DNA of 32,800 nucleotides from Oligoflexales bacterium (GCA_041736175.1 JBGSUI010000080.1:1-32800); one strand, 5' to 3'. Numbered from the stretch's first letter, positions 1 to 9,935 are shown. Program-made: numbers and translations. Notes: generated from the sequence alone by a model not told the origin.

Positions 1-387
1 AAGGTCGGCATTCGCTGCGGTGATTTTACCCAAGACCATGGCAAGTTGCGAGACGTGGGTTTGTCCCGTTTTGAATAACTCCACGAATGCGGGAAAATGG
101 GCGAGGACTTTGGCTGCCTGGAGTCTCTTCCAGTAGACGTCGGGCGAAAGTCCCAGTGCTTCGATATATTGATCACGGGTGAGCCCGAGATTTCCGGCTG
201 CATTTTGTCGGTCAAGCTGATAGAGTACCCTCATTGAATCAAGCACCATATCGTGCTCCTTTTGATGGAGCAGGACAGCTTTATGAAACTGCCGGCGCAG
301 GAGCACGCGGATGTCAGAGGTAGATTCGGACGCGTCACAATTTTTTGGGAGCGCAAGAATTTTTGAGAGGGCTTCACTTGATATCAT
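1..387 (-). CDS. 5' part of a DUF222-like/HNH endonuclease-associated protein (runs off the window edge)
   Basis: Manual translation gives an open frame from ATG 387 to base 1: MISSEALSK...YIEALGLSPDVYWKRLQAAKVLAHFPAFVELFKTGQTHVSQL. This resembles the LG.S...Y.R..AA+....P......G pattern of DUF222/HNH proteins. The HNH domain itself is not in the window. Confidence 0.55.
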   Translation of the reverse strand, partial: MISSEALSKILALPKNCDASESTSDIRVLLRRQFHKAVLLHQKEHDMVLDSMRVLYQLDRQNAAGNLGLTRDQYIEALGLSPDVYWKRLQAAKVLAHFPAFVELFKTGQTHVSQLAMVLGKITAANADL

Positions 388-820
388 CGTTGTTTTTCTC
401 GCTCATTAAGGACGCTTTGGGGCGTCGAGACCTTGTAGAAAAAAGTTATAACACGGGTTGTAAAAGTCGATTTCAGTCGGAGTCTGCGGTCTTTTTTTAA
501 AACGCCTCTCGAAGCGGCAAATTTGTTTATGGGTCGGTTTGACTCGATCTGATAGGGAAAAATCAGCAAATTGGTTGCAGAGGCTATTATAGGAACCGTT
601 TTGTAAGCCCCAAAACCCGTCAAGCTTTTTCTGAAAAATAGAATGTTTTTAGAACCAGTTCGTCCTGGGGCGAACGACGCCAGAAGCATGCAGTCCAAGA
701 TTCGGTGACTCCAGAGGTGGAGCCCAGTGCGAAAAATCCAGGTCGGCAATTCCAAGGACCGTTCGCAGAGAGGGTTGGGCCCGGGACGAATCAGTTGGCC
801 AACCGTGGGGTCGAAGCCAG

Positions 821-868
821 CTTAAGGAGGCGATCGAGAGGCATCGCGGGAGTCAAGGCTCGGTCTCC
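821..868. repeat. 48-bp direct repeat, copy 1 (duplicate of the DUF1501 gene 3' end)
   Basis: cttaaggaggcgatcgagaggcatcgcgggagtcaaggctcggtctcc matches 2421-2468 with one mismatch (830 g vs 2430 a). Confidence 0.95.
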
Positions 869-919
869 TATTCGTGTGCAGCGAACCTAGGCCTAGGGCT
901 ACTGCGGCATCCGCGCTTG

Positions 920-2077
920 TCATTTTCGGCTCGCTCCCAATCCCCAACTTTGACTTCCATGTATATCGACCCAAGTTGATAAAGATCCAATCTGGATGGG
1001 ACTACTCCTATAAATAGTATCACCGACACCCAGACTTCCAACATCACCCCAACCAAAGGACCAAATGGTACCATCTGTGCGACGGGCCAACGAGTTCCAA
1101 TGTGCTGACACAATCTGTGCCCATGAACTAAGGTTTCCCACCTGGACTGGACTGCTGCGATTGGTTGTACTGCCAATGCCTAGCTGACCGCCATTATTGT
1201 GGCCCCAAGCCCAAAGGGTTCCGTCTGTGCGGATAGCATGTCCACGTTGGTACCCGACTGCTACTGATTGCCAACTACTTAATGTGCCTATTTGAGTCGG
1301 GCTGCTTCTAGAGTTGGTATTCCCGACTCCAAGGGCACCACTCGAACCTCGCCCGATAGCCCATAGTGTCCCATCAGCACGAAGTGCCAAAGTATTCCAC
1401 ATCACTGAGGCTATCTGAGACCATTGACTAAGTGAGCCGACTTGCACGGGACTGCTTCGCGAAATGGTATCGCCAAGTCCACAGGCTCCATTTAGGTTTT
1501 GACCGAAAGCCCATAATGTACCGTCTGTCCTAATGCCAAAAACTTGCACAATACCTGCAGAAAATGTCGCCCAATTTGACAGGGAGCCAATTTGCACCGG
1601 GCTGCTTCGATCAATGGTGTTGCCTACTCCTAATTGCCCTTTGTTGTTTTGACCCACCGTCCATGCAGTTCCGTCAGAACGCAAAAAATTAGATTGAGTG
1701 TAACCACAAGATACCTTGCTCCAGGAACTGAGGCTACCGACTTGGACAGGACTGCTCTTCATGATCACCGACCCGATGCCCAACTGACCGTTGGTGTTGT
1801 TTCCCGTAGCCCACAGGGTGCCATCTGGCTTTATCCCCATGGTACAATAATTTCCTACAGAAACGGACACCCAATCAGTAGAGTTCGCGAGCACTGGACT
1901 GCTTCGATCTATAAAATCGCCGAGACCTAAAGTGCCATACCAATTACGCCCCCAACGCCAGTAGCTTGCGACACGAGTTCTTTTCAAAAGCATCTGCATA
2001 TTACCAAAAGCGCTGAGTTCCTGTTCGTGTGCAGCGAGCCCAAGACCCAGAGCTAGTTTAGTCCCAGAGCTAAACAA
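920..2077 (-). CDS. RCC1-repeat seven-bladed beta-propeller protein; probable true start GTG 2228 is out of frame
   Basis: Seven repeats of the type DGTLW.WG.N..GQLG.G....RSSPVQ[VI]G.LS.W. Just upstream in the same frame is PRRDLF, a Tat-like motif. Confidence 0.9.
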   Translation of the reverse strand: MFSSGTKLALGLGLAAHEQELSAFGNMQMLLKRTRVASYWRWGRNWYGTLGLGDFIDRSSPVLANSTDWVSVSVGNYCTMGIKPDGTLWATGNNTNGQLGIGSVIMKSSPVQVGSLSSWSKVSCGYTQSNFLRSDGTAWTVGQNNKGQLGVGNTIDRSSPVQIGSLSNWATFSAGIVQVFGIRTDGTLWAFGQNLNGACGLGDTISRSSPVQVGSLSQWSQIASVMWNTLALRADGTLWAIGRGSSGALGVGNTNSRSSPTQIGTLSSWQSVAVGYQRGHAIRTDGTLWAWGHNNGGQLGIGSTTNRSSPVQVGNLSSWAQIVSAHWNSLARRTDGTIWSFGWGDVGSLGVGDTIYRSSPIQIGSLSTWVDIHGSQSWGLGASRK

Positions 2078-2085
2078 GTCACGGC

Positions 2086-2125
2086 GTGGGATGGGAGGGG
2101 ATGGGATGGGAGGGGCTGGGATGGT
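2086..2125. repeat. Pentamer tract (NNGGG)x7, G-quadruplex-like on the + strand
   Basis: gtggg atggg agggg atggg atggg agggg ctggg atggt. Confidence 0.85.
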
Positions 2126-2414
2126 CGTCAGCGATGTGGCCCGAAGTATTTGGAACAGTTTTTGTGTCAGAGTTTACTTTGGCATCTAGAGTCGGGTCCT
2201 GTGGCCTTTGTTTGATCTCGTCTGACACGTATAACCTCCCATGGTATGAGTGAACTTAGTCAAATTTTTTAGATTTATAAACAAAAATAAAAATATGGTT
2301 AGATACAGCTTAAGTTTTCCATAAATAGCATAGAAAATCAAAAGTTGTTTGTCCATGACAAGGTGGAATACGATAAAAAAAGTCGTAAATTTTAATGGTT
2401 CTTAATACATCGAC

Positions 2415-3875
2415 TTATGTCTTAAGGAGACGATCGAGAGGCATCGCGGGAGTCAAGGCTCGGTCTCCAGCAAGGGGGCGATAGGAAGCCTTATCGGTGA
2501 CCCCAAAAGCTTTCACAAGGGTGTTGACCACATGTTCCATGGTTAGGTACTGCTGGCGTTGAAAGACTTCGGGAAGCGTCTCAATGACTTTTAAAGACTT
2601 GTGATCAAAGGGACGCCCCATTTTTTTGATCATCTCTGGATCCAAGCTGCGGTGGGCTTTGGACACGCTACTGTAGCTCACGGGTTGGCCCTTAGCCGCT
2701 GGTGTGAGCTGGGCGAGATCGGTCTGACCTACAATCAAATTGCCTTGGAATCCCTTGCCTCCTAGGAGGACTGTGTTGCTGAGAGGATTATGGTCCGTGC
2801 CACTTTCTGCAAGCTTAGAGCCAATCTGCCGGGTGGTCCTAGTAAACTCGGATGTCAGCATGATCGATGTCACGTCCATCAAAGACTGTTTGGTCCCACG
2901 AAAGGGAGTCTCAATCAAAAACTCAAAAATCTCGGCGAGCGCTTTCATCAGCGGGGTATAGGCCGCAGCGGATTGCTGGGCAATACCTACCGAGTGGGCA
3001 TCGATTTCGACGTTTATGCCAGTCGCCTTTGGCAAATCAATCAATACAGTCCTTGAGAGCCCATTTGCAAAGACCTGATGTGCAGCGTCCATATACTCAG
3101 GAATCCCTTTAAACGACCCAAATTTCAAGCTTTGCAGGCGCTTTTCAAGCTGTGGAGAAGCTTGCAACCCTCGTACCATTTCTTTGGAACCGATGGACAA
3201 CAGCCCTCCTCCTCCTCCTGCCTCCGCAAGAGCCTGGGCGCGCTCAGTTGCAAAACGATGGATCAGACTTTTTTCGATCGATTCCCCAACTTTTGATTCA
3301 TTGCTGGTTTTTGACCCACCAAGACTCTTCAGGGATTCGAGGGAAAAACCTAGGGATCTAGCCCCATTGGTTGGTCTGTCCGCAAAGGGTAGATTGCCAA
3401 GGCCAAGGGCATCGACCGAAGCCCTACCATCAGCATTGAGAAAAGGAGCAAACCAGTCCCCGCCAAAAGCGTTTCCGGTCAACATAAAATTGATATTTTG
3501 CTCATGGCCATCAAAATTATCGGCCATAACGACTCCATTAAGAATCGAAAAGTAGGGCCGGTATTTTTCAAGGTCCGACACCAGTCGGCTCACTAGGGTC
3601 GAGTTACCACGAGAATCTCGCCATTGAGTAGGTTCCACGGGATTTTTGTCGAGGTGGTTCGTTTGGAGTCCTGCAGCCGTATGGCTTAAGGGCCGTGCAT
3701 CAAAGAGATAGGTCGTGTCCACTCCCCCTGGTATGACCAAGAGCAGCAAAAAATGAGGGTCTTGCTGTCCCTGTGCCATTAGCCTCGGAGCACTGTTAAG
3801 GACACTCATTCCCGTGAATCCCGAAGTGAGCCTTTGAATCCATTGCCGCCGGTTAAGGGGGTTTGTAAAAATCAT
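2415..3875 (-). CDS. DUF1501 family protein with Tat-like signal
   Basis: N-terminal NRRQWI; motifs GGVDTTYLFD, DAH, TSEFTRT, GTDH, VLLGG. Confidence 0.85.
   Translation of the reverse strand: MIFTNPLNRRQWIQRLTSGFTGMSVLNSAPRLMAQGQQDPHFLLLLVIPGGVDTTYLFDARPLSHTAAGLQTNHLDKNPVEPTQWRDSRGNSTLVSRLVSDLEKYRPYFSILNGVVMADNFDGHEQNINFMLTGNAFGGDWFAPFLNADGRASVDALGLGNLPFADRPTNGARSLGFSLESLKSLGGSKTSNESKVGESIEKSLIHRFATERAQALAEAGGGGGLLSIGSKEMVRGLQASPQLEKRLQSLKFGSFKGIPEYMDAAHQVFANGLSRTVLIDLPKATGINVEIDAHSVGIAQQSAAAYTPLMKALAEIFEFLIETPFRGTKQSLMDVTSIMLTSEFTRTTRQIGSKLAESGTDHNPLSNTVLLGGKGFQGNLIVGQTDLAQLTPAAKGQPVSYSSVSKAHRSLDPEMIKKMGRPFDHKSLKVIETLPEVFQRQQYLTMEHVVNTLVKAFGVTDKASYRPLAGDRALTPAMPLDRLLKT
2421..2468. repeat. 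48-bp direct repeat, copy 2 (inside the DUF1501 3' end)
   Basis: Matches 821-868, 1600 bp away. Confidence 0.95.
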
Positions 3876-3892
3876 CGTTTTTTCTCCACTGT

Positions 3893-4603
3893 TTAGTTTT
3901 CAAGCAAAAAATATGGACTCATCCAAGCACCAGCGATGGCGGCTCCGAGCCTTTCCCGTGGCGTCTTATAGGCTGCCAAAAAGGCTGGGCTCTCTATCCA
4001 CCGTGACCATGCTGTGAATTCGGTTTCTGGAGCATCCTCTTCCAGGAGGATTTGCCACAAGTTTTTAGGATCGACTCCAAACGGATTAGATCGGTCAGGG
4101 GCCTGCTGTTCCTTGGCACAGGAGGCCAAGGACTGTTTGACATAAGAGCTTAACGGAAACGGTTGCCCTACTTCACTGTTCAGGATGTCCTCCGCACTCC
4201 GTTTTGTCAGGGGCGACCCACAGGTGTCGCTGGCTAAGGCTTGACCCAAATGGGTGAAAACCTTTTCCCACAAATACATGTTGATGCTATTGGGGGCACC
4301 ATTGGCAAAGGTGTTTTTAATCCCGTTACCATTAAAACTTCCGAGAATAGGAGCTAAGGATGCATAGGGCTCATTTTTTCTGGCATACAAAAAAAGATTA
4401 AAATCAGCACCTGTGGCACCCAGTCTCTGGCCGATCATTGCCTGAATCACCGCGGGTCCTCGCAGTTGGCCAAGATTGTTGCCACGGACTTGGATGGCTG
4501 AAAGCTCAGAGTGATCCGAGTTTTGCTTGCAGGCAACTAGACTAAGAGTTGCTAACAACAGGGACTTTGATATAAGACGACCGAAAAATTTTTGAGAAAT
4601 CAT
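3893..4603 (-). CDS. Lipoprotein of the DUF1501 cluster
   Basis: Lipobox LVAC; C-terminal MSPYFLLE; 4-bp overlap with the upstream gene. Confidence 0.75.
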   Translation of the reverse strand: MISQKFFGRLISKSLLLATLSLVACKQNSDHSELSAIQVRGNNLGQLRGPAVIQAMIGQRLGATGADFNLFLYARKNEPYASLAPILGSFNGNGIKNTFANGAPNSINMYLWEKVFTHLGQALASDTCGSPLTKRSAEDILNSEVGQPFPLSSYVKQSLASCAKEQQAPDRSNPFGVDPKNLWQILLEEDAPETEFTAWSRWIESPAFLAAYKTPRERLGAAIAGAWMSPYFLLEN

Positions 4604-6639
4604 GGACCAACCTTTTTAGCTTTATTGGTGTTTGCGATTTGGCCTTCAAACCATTTTTTAAGAATCAGCCGATCGGGATCGGGCATAGAGCTATTGAGTG
4701 GCATGATGGGGCCCTCGTCGCTGGGACCTAGTCGATCTAAAATCCTTTCATAGCTTAGATTCCGTGATATTTGTTTACCCCCCTCATCGAGGTGCGAAAA
4801 GCCACGTTCCGAGGTCCAACTGGATAGATTAAGCCCCCCCTGATCACCACTCGAACCGTGGCATTTCGTGCAGTATTGGTCCAGGGTCGAGGCTACCTGG
4901 CAATCCAAGGATGACGGTCCACTTTTAGAGGACCGGTCGTAGCAGGTCCCTTCTACAGGATTTTGTTGACTAAAGGTCCGACTCATCAAAAGATTTTTGA
5001 TGACCTGCTGCACCGCCTTGCCACTTGTGACGGCAGGTGCCCTTTGGATGATTTGCGCCTGCTCTTCGATCCATTGTCGGTCGAGGGTGCTGCCTTTGCC
5101 CAGAAAATATTCTGCAAGGCGTTGGGTGGTGCAGGTATAAGTGCGGCGATCCGAAGCTAGCAATTTTCCAAAATCTTCGAGTCCGTTGCCATAGGTGTTG
5201 CTTGTTAGGTTTGTTGCCGACCGGACCATTCCGATATTGAGGCCTTGATTGGGGCCTTTTTTGGCGGGAAAATCCCAGGATGCCCAATACTTTTTAAGCT
5301 CGTCACCTTGGATCACTTTAGCGTCGTCAAAGATAAAAGATTGGGGTTGGGTGCCAAAGTTAAATCCGATCACTCCATAAGACCTAAAAAATCCAGCCAT
5401 GGGATCGAGTTTGTAGTGACAAGCAGCACAGGAGGCATCAGTGCCATGTCGGGTGTCACCAGGATTGGCAGCGACTTCTAGTTTGACCGGAGTTAAGTCA
5501 TCACAAAAAAACGTTTTAAAGACGTAAGCTGCCCTTTTACGATTGAAGTTGGTAGAAGAATTCGGATGACTTTGCCAAAAAGTCTGGGAAAATATATTTG
5601 ATGTGGGGTTGATTTCAAGGTTTGCTGGGATTTTAACCACCCCTGAGTCCATCATGGGGGCCTTGGATGTCAGGATTTGCTCCATAAAACCAAAGGCACT
5701 CTTAATCACCAAACTCCCTTTGTCTAAATAGGCGATGATCTCTCTGACCTGTTTTGTGGAGACTTTTGGTTTGCCAAAGCAAAGTGCCGTAATTTGGTCA
5801 AAATTGACAAGATCTCTGATGCCACCTAAAACATCCTCTTCCTCTGGGCTATCTAGCGCCACAAACTCGCCGCAAAATCCGCTGATCACCTCGGATTTTT
5901 GTTGGGGGCCCTTAAGATGGGCGGCGAGCAAATCACGGGCAAGGTTAGATTTTTTAGCAATAACAGACGCCATTCGTTGTTCCAATTGGGGCAGGCTTTT
6001 TGGTTTTGGGGATTGGTCCTGAGAACCGCTCCGCATGCTTCCAGGTTCGGGCAGTAGAAGAATACGGTATAGCAGCTGGTAAAATTGGGAGAGCGATAGA
6101 TAACGGGGTTGGTCAAACTGATACATCACTTGCAATGAGCTACCCTGAGCGACAGCCAAGGCTCCGTTCAAGGCAGCTGGATGGCCTTGGATGGAGTCGG
6201 TTGGTCTGAGGATGGTCGTGGCGCTCTTTAGATAAGGGGAGCAGTTGGAGTCCGATTGGCAGTTGTCGGATTTGTAGATGACTTTGGTAACGGGGTTATA
6301 GGCAATGTTGTTTATAAATGCGGGAACTAAACTATCGTCTTGTTTCATGCCGTAGTAATAGGCGTAAAAATCGACCATTGTGTGGGTAAAAATCGGCTCC
6401 TTCATCAGTATATCGATGACTTCGCTTTTAGGTTTCTGGACCATCTGCCTTAGGGGATCGTCTTGGTTAAGCCCCTTTCCCAGTCTGAGAGCCCGGGCTG
6501 CACGGTCGATCCATTTGAGGTCCGCCAGGACCTCACCGGAGTCGCTGGTTTCGAGCTGCGAAGATTGGCTGATTTTACAGCTGGAAGAATAAAGAGCTAG
6601 GACAACCAGGAATGCTTTTAAAACTGATTTTAAGGTCAT
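4600..6639 (-). CDS. Heme c-binding lipoprotein (DUF1588/DUF1585-like plus planctomycete-type cytochrome c)
   Basis: Two CxxCH motifs (RHG...CAACH, CTKCH); GLNL and MP motifs; lipobox-like SSSC; co-transcribed with DUF1501. Confidence 0.8.
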   Translation of the reverse strand: MTLKSVLKAFLVVLALYSSSCKISQSSQLETSDSGEVLADLKWIDRAARALRLGKGLNQDDPLRQMVQKPKSEVIDILMKEPIFTHTMVDFYAYYYGMKQDDSLVPAFINNIAYNPVTKVIYKSDNCQSDSNCSPYLKSATTILRPTDSIQGHPAALNGALAVAQGSSLQVMYQFDQPRYLSLSQFYQLLYRILLLPEPGSMRSGSQDQSPKPKSLPQLEQRMASVIAKKSNLARDLLAAHLKGPQQKSEVISGFCGEFVALDSPEEEDVLGGIRDLVNFDQITALCFGKPKVSTKQVREIIAYLDKGSLVIKSAFGFMEQILTSKAPMMDSGVVKIPANLEINPTSNIFSQTFWQSHPNSSTNFNRKRAAYVFKTFFCDDLTPVKLEVAANPGDTRHGTDASCAACHYKLDPMAGFFRSYGVIGFNFGTQPQSFIFDDAKVIQGDELKKYWASWDFPAKKGPNQGLNIGMVRSATNLTSNTYGNGLEDFGKLLASDRRTYTCTTQRLAEYFLGKGSTLDRQWIEEQAQIIQRAPAVTSGKAVQQVIKNLLMSRTFSQQNPVEGTCYDRSSKSGPSSLDCQVASTLDQYCTKCHGSSGDQGGLNLSSWTSERGFSHLDEGGKQISRNLSYERILDRLGPSDEGPIMPLNSSMPDPDRLILKKWFEGQIANTNKAKKVGP

Positions 6640-6767
6640 AGTTCACCGCCTATCCATCACGCGTTCAAATGATGAAAGACCAACTGCACAAACAAGGCCA
6701 CATTTAAATGGCGAAGATTCTTGCCAGTTAAATAAGGCTCAGTGTTTAGTCTATAAACAAGTAATGA

Positions 6768-7340
6768 TTACTGGTCAGCTCGGTGGACGGTGAAATTAGG
6801 ATCGGTCACCCAAGTCTGCAAAATATAACGATCCGCCCTGGTTGCTAACACCTCATGGGGATGGGTATAGCCCACTGGAAAAACCACGCAGCGGCCTTTT
6901 TGTGGCTTGAGCGTAAGATTTTGAAGGGGAAAAAAAATTTCGCCTCCCTCAGCCACATCGTTAAGGTAAAAAATCAACGTCGCGATCCTTAAAAAATTAT
7001 GGGGTTCTTCTGCTGTTTGGCCATCCACATGGAGGATACAGCCGTCTCCCGGTGCATACTTCGAAACCACATAACCGTCGTCGCCCCACTCGTGATAGGT
7101 CCCATGGGCTAAGGAATCAGGCCGAGCAAAATATTGGCCTATAGCCTGATTGACCTGTTGGCAGATTTCGAGGTTGAGAGAATTCCACTCTCGATAGAGA
7201 GATGTATGGATATAGCGTCTCGTGCTGTAGTGGGGCTGGGGGTCTGGTTTGACACGGGTGTCCCCATTAAATCGCTCGATAATTTTATCGCATAGGGGCC
7301 CTGGTAAAAAGCCGTCGTAGATCTTGATATGCTGGGTCAT
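6768..7340 (-). CDS. 2OG-Fe(II) oxygenase (prolyl 4-hydroxylase-like)
   Basis: HVD, YLNDV.EGGE..F, HPHEV and RY motifs. Confidence 0.9.
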   Translation of the reverse strand: MTQHIKIYDGFLPGPLCDKIIERFNGDTRVKPDPQPHYSTRRYIHTSLYREWNSLNLEICQQVNQAIGQYFARPDSLAHGTYHEWGDDGYVVSKYAPGDGCILHVDGQTAEEPHNFLRIATLIFYLNDVAEGGEIFFPLQNLTLKPQKGRCVVFPVGYTHPHEVLATRADRYILQTWVTDPNFTVHRADQ

Positions 7341-7533
7341 GGTTTTCTCGTTGGGATAAGGTCTGTCGTGTCCACCTAACTGGTCATACTAGACCTAACT
7401 CCAGATACCAACCCATAGCTAAAATTAGCTAAAGTTTTTAGAGAATCCTGCCGATAGTACCCCTGAGAACATCGTTGCCGTTCCTGAAGCTGAGTGTTGT
7501 CTACTTCCCGCACCTTATTACTTGGAGTGTTCC

Positions 7534-8160
7534 ATGGCCTTTCGATTGCATTTTATGGCAGGATTTTTGGGTCTTGTCGGCTGTACAAACCTGACATCAA
7601 ATCCCTTTGTATCAAGACCAATGCCAAGCCCTACATTAGGCCACGAGGGCCCCCTTGTTATAGGAAAGCACCATGATTTCATAGGGTTCAGTTCGGTTTT
7701 AACCCCTAGAAAAAACTACGATCTCATGGCCGAAATGGCCGCCTTTAGGGCCTGCAAGAAATCCCGCGAATGTTTGATTACCAACGATCGAGCGCTCCAA
7801 TTAAAGGTGATGATAGGTACCAAAGCTCCCCAGTTTTTTATTTGGGTTATCCGTCCCTCAGGCCAGCTCATTATCGGCTCGGGACCAGATGAAAAGATCA
7901 GCCACGGAGTTTTAGCATCGGTTGACCTCACCGACACCGATCTTGCCGTCGAGCCGATGGGCAATATCTATGCGGGGGGTGAAGGTTATTACGAGCCTGC
8001 CACCAACACCCTTTATCTAAACAATAAGTCAGGACACTACCGTCCAGAGTACATTCGGATCGCCAACCCGGTGGTCTTAGATCTCTTTCAATCAGTGTTG
8101 CAAAATCGGGTCATAATCAAAACCATCGATCAAACCAAACCTAGAATTGAAGTCTATTGA
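7534..8160 (+). CDS. Lipoprotein with an H...AGGE...N.SGHY.P domain
   Basis: GGAG SD before ATG 7534; lipobox LVGC; motifs ISHGVL, YAGGE, NNKSGHYRP. Confidence 0.7.
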   Translation: MAFRLHFMAGFLGLVGCTNLTSNPFVSRPMPSPTLGHEGPLVIGKHHDFIGFSSVLTPRKNYDLMAEMAAFRACKKSRECLITNDRALQLKVMIGTKAPQFFIWVIRPSGQLIIGSGPDEKISHGVLASVDLTDTDLAVEPMGNIYAGGEGYYEPATNTLYLNNKSGHYRPEYIRIANPVVLDLFQSVLQNRVIIKTIDQTKPRIEVY

Positions 8161-8171
8161 TTTGGTTTTAT

Positions 8172-8927
8172 TTAGAACCAAAATCCAAACGTGACCGCCG
8201 TAAGCCCATAGACTTGGGGTGTGGTGATCACGCGGCGGATGACTCCGTCGATCCATGGACTCTGCCGGGTGTTAGAATGGCTGGTGAGCCAGGATTTTTT
8301 AAGACCGATAAAGGTCCAGTCCAGGGATACCGTGTCGGCAAGAAACCAGGTGGAGACCATGTTCCATCCAAGGGTCACACCGTTTGCTTCGTAGCCTCCT
8401 GAGAGCGCATCGTTGGCTGGGTCTTCGGGCTCAACCCCAAAGGGAGAAATATTTCCAGACCATTGTGTTAACGATAAACTCGGCTCCATACTTAAATGTT
8501 CAAACTTTTTAAAAAAAATCCGCCCAAAAACACCAACGCTCTGGAATGCCAGGTTCATATCGTAGGTTTTTTTGTCGTAGATCCCATTTCGTAATTGACG
8601 GCCCAGGCCGGCATCAAGGCCGACAAATCCCTGAAAACCCACGGGAATCCCCACGGCAACAGTCAAGGTTCTCCAGGGACGCACCTCCCCAAGACCCACC
8701 ATAAAGCTTTTGGGGTGGGCAAGGCGAAGTTCCCCGACGCTCAAACCTAGCTCAGCCTCCTGATCCTCGCCGTCGTCAACGACTTGTGGCGATCCGGTTC
8801 CAGGGTCGCAAACGTCCTGGAGAGCAGACGCGCTTGCCTCGGCATGATCAGCCCAGGACACTAAGCATCCCATCCCGATAAGGCAAACAGCATGGAGTTT
8901 TTGCTTGATTCTAAGTCCAAAGGACAT
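8172..8927 (-). CDS. Putative outer-membrane beta-barrel protein
   Basis: Signal peptide, amphipathic strands, C-terminal TFGFWF. Confidence 0.7.
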   Translation of the reverse strand: MSFGLRIKQKLHAVCLIGMGCLVSWADHAEASASALQDVCDPGTGSPQVVDDGEDQEAELGLSVGELRLAHPKSFMVGLGEVRPWRTLTVAVGIPVGFQGFVGLDAGLGRQLRNGIYDKKTYDMNLAFQSVGVFGRIFFKKFEHLSMEPSLSLTQWSGNISPFGVEPEDPANDALSGGYEANGVTLGWNMVSTWFLADTVSLDWTFIGLKKSWLTSHSNTRQSPWIDGVIRRVITTPQVYGLTAVTFGFWF

Positions 8928-8933
8928 CGCCGT

Positions 8934-9935
8934 TTAAGTTCCACCCACTTGTTTTTTGGTATCGACTTGGCTAATCAGACTCACCAGTGCATGGTAAGAA
9001 TCCTTATGGAGGTTTTTTAGCAGCTTATGCCGGATAAGGTCTAGTGCTTCAAAGGCCGTGCGGCTAGGTTGGTAAGGGCGATTAGTCGTTAACGCATCAA
9101 AGGTATCGGCAAAAGAGACGATCTTGACCTCCTCTAAAATTTCTTTTTCTGTCAGGTGATGGGGATAGCCGCTGCCATCAAACCGTTCGTGGTGGGAGAG
9201 GATGATCTGGCGGGAGACATGATTAAGGCTGGTATCATGGACCAAGTCTTCCCCCATAGCTGGATGTTTTTTCATCTGCTCCCATTCAACCGGGCTTAAC
9301 ATGCCAGGCTTATTGAGAATCATCAGGTCAATTCGACTTTTACCAATATCATGGAGCAAGGCTCCCGTCGCCATCTCCACGAGCTGGGCTTTGTGATTTT
9401 GGGAAAGCTCAATGGCAATCGCCAAAGCGTAGGCGGCCACCCGGGCACTATGGTAGTAAGTATAGTCATCATGGCGCGCTAATTTTCCAAGGACAGCAAC
9501 ACAATGGGGATCTTCTTCGATCGTCGCCACCAATTTGTTGGCTAAATCCTTAAATTTTTCTAAAGCCGCCAAGGTCAACGGATAGTCATAGAGAGTTTTT
9601 GTGAGGAATGCAGCTGCATCGGTGATCCGGACAACCTTAACCTGGGGAGTTCCGCTTATTTCTATGGAGGGTACATTCTGAATTTCAAGATAGACTAGGG
9701 CCTTGCTCTGATCTGCTGTAGAATGAAATAAACGGTCTTTACCCGCAGCCTTAAGTCGATTGAGTTCCTCTCCTGTCCAGTGATAGGGAGCGTTTGCGTA
9801 GAGGACGAGTTGTTCCCCGAGTTCCACATAGAGGTCAAAATCAGTCACACTATTTTCGACAATCTTGTCAACAGGAAACAAAATCATCTGAGATTTATCA
9901 GGTTGGGGCGTCTTTGCTTCGTGGTTTGGGTTCAT
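8934..9935 (-). CDS. HD-GYP c-di-GMP phosphodiesterase (start may be 9887)
   Basis: YTYYHS, LLHDIGK, HHERFDGSGYP, DALTTNRPY. Confidence 0.93.
   Translation of the reverse strand: MNPNHEAKTPQPDKSQMILFPVDKIVENSVTDFDLYVELGEQLVLYANAPYHWTGEELNRLKAAGKDRLFHSTADQSKALVYLEIQNVPSIEISGTPQVKVVRITDAAAFLTKTLYDYPLTLAALEKFKDLANKLVATIEEDPHCVAVLGKLARHDDYTYYHSARVAAYALAIAIELSQNHKAQLVEMATGALLHDIGKSRIDLMILNKPGMLSPVEWEQMKKHPAMGEDLVHDTSLNHVSRQIILSHHERFDGSGYPHHLTEKEILEEVKIVSFADTFDALTTNRPYQPSRTAFEALDLIRHKLLKNLHKDSYHALVSLISQVDTKKQVGGT

Noticed and set aside
659..790. MITE-like element with 11-bp imperfect inverted ends
   Set aside because: Single copy, short imperfect repeat, no clear target-site duplication
920..2077. 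CRISPR-like periodic repeats (ggactgct...)
   Set aside because: These are coding RCC1 repeats of about 150 bp; no cas genes and no repeat-spacer structure
821..2468. Diversity-generating retroelement TR/VR pair
   Set aside because: Only one, synonymous mismatch; no reverse transcriptase in the window
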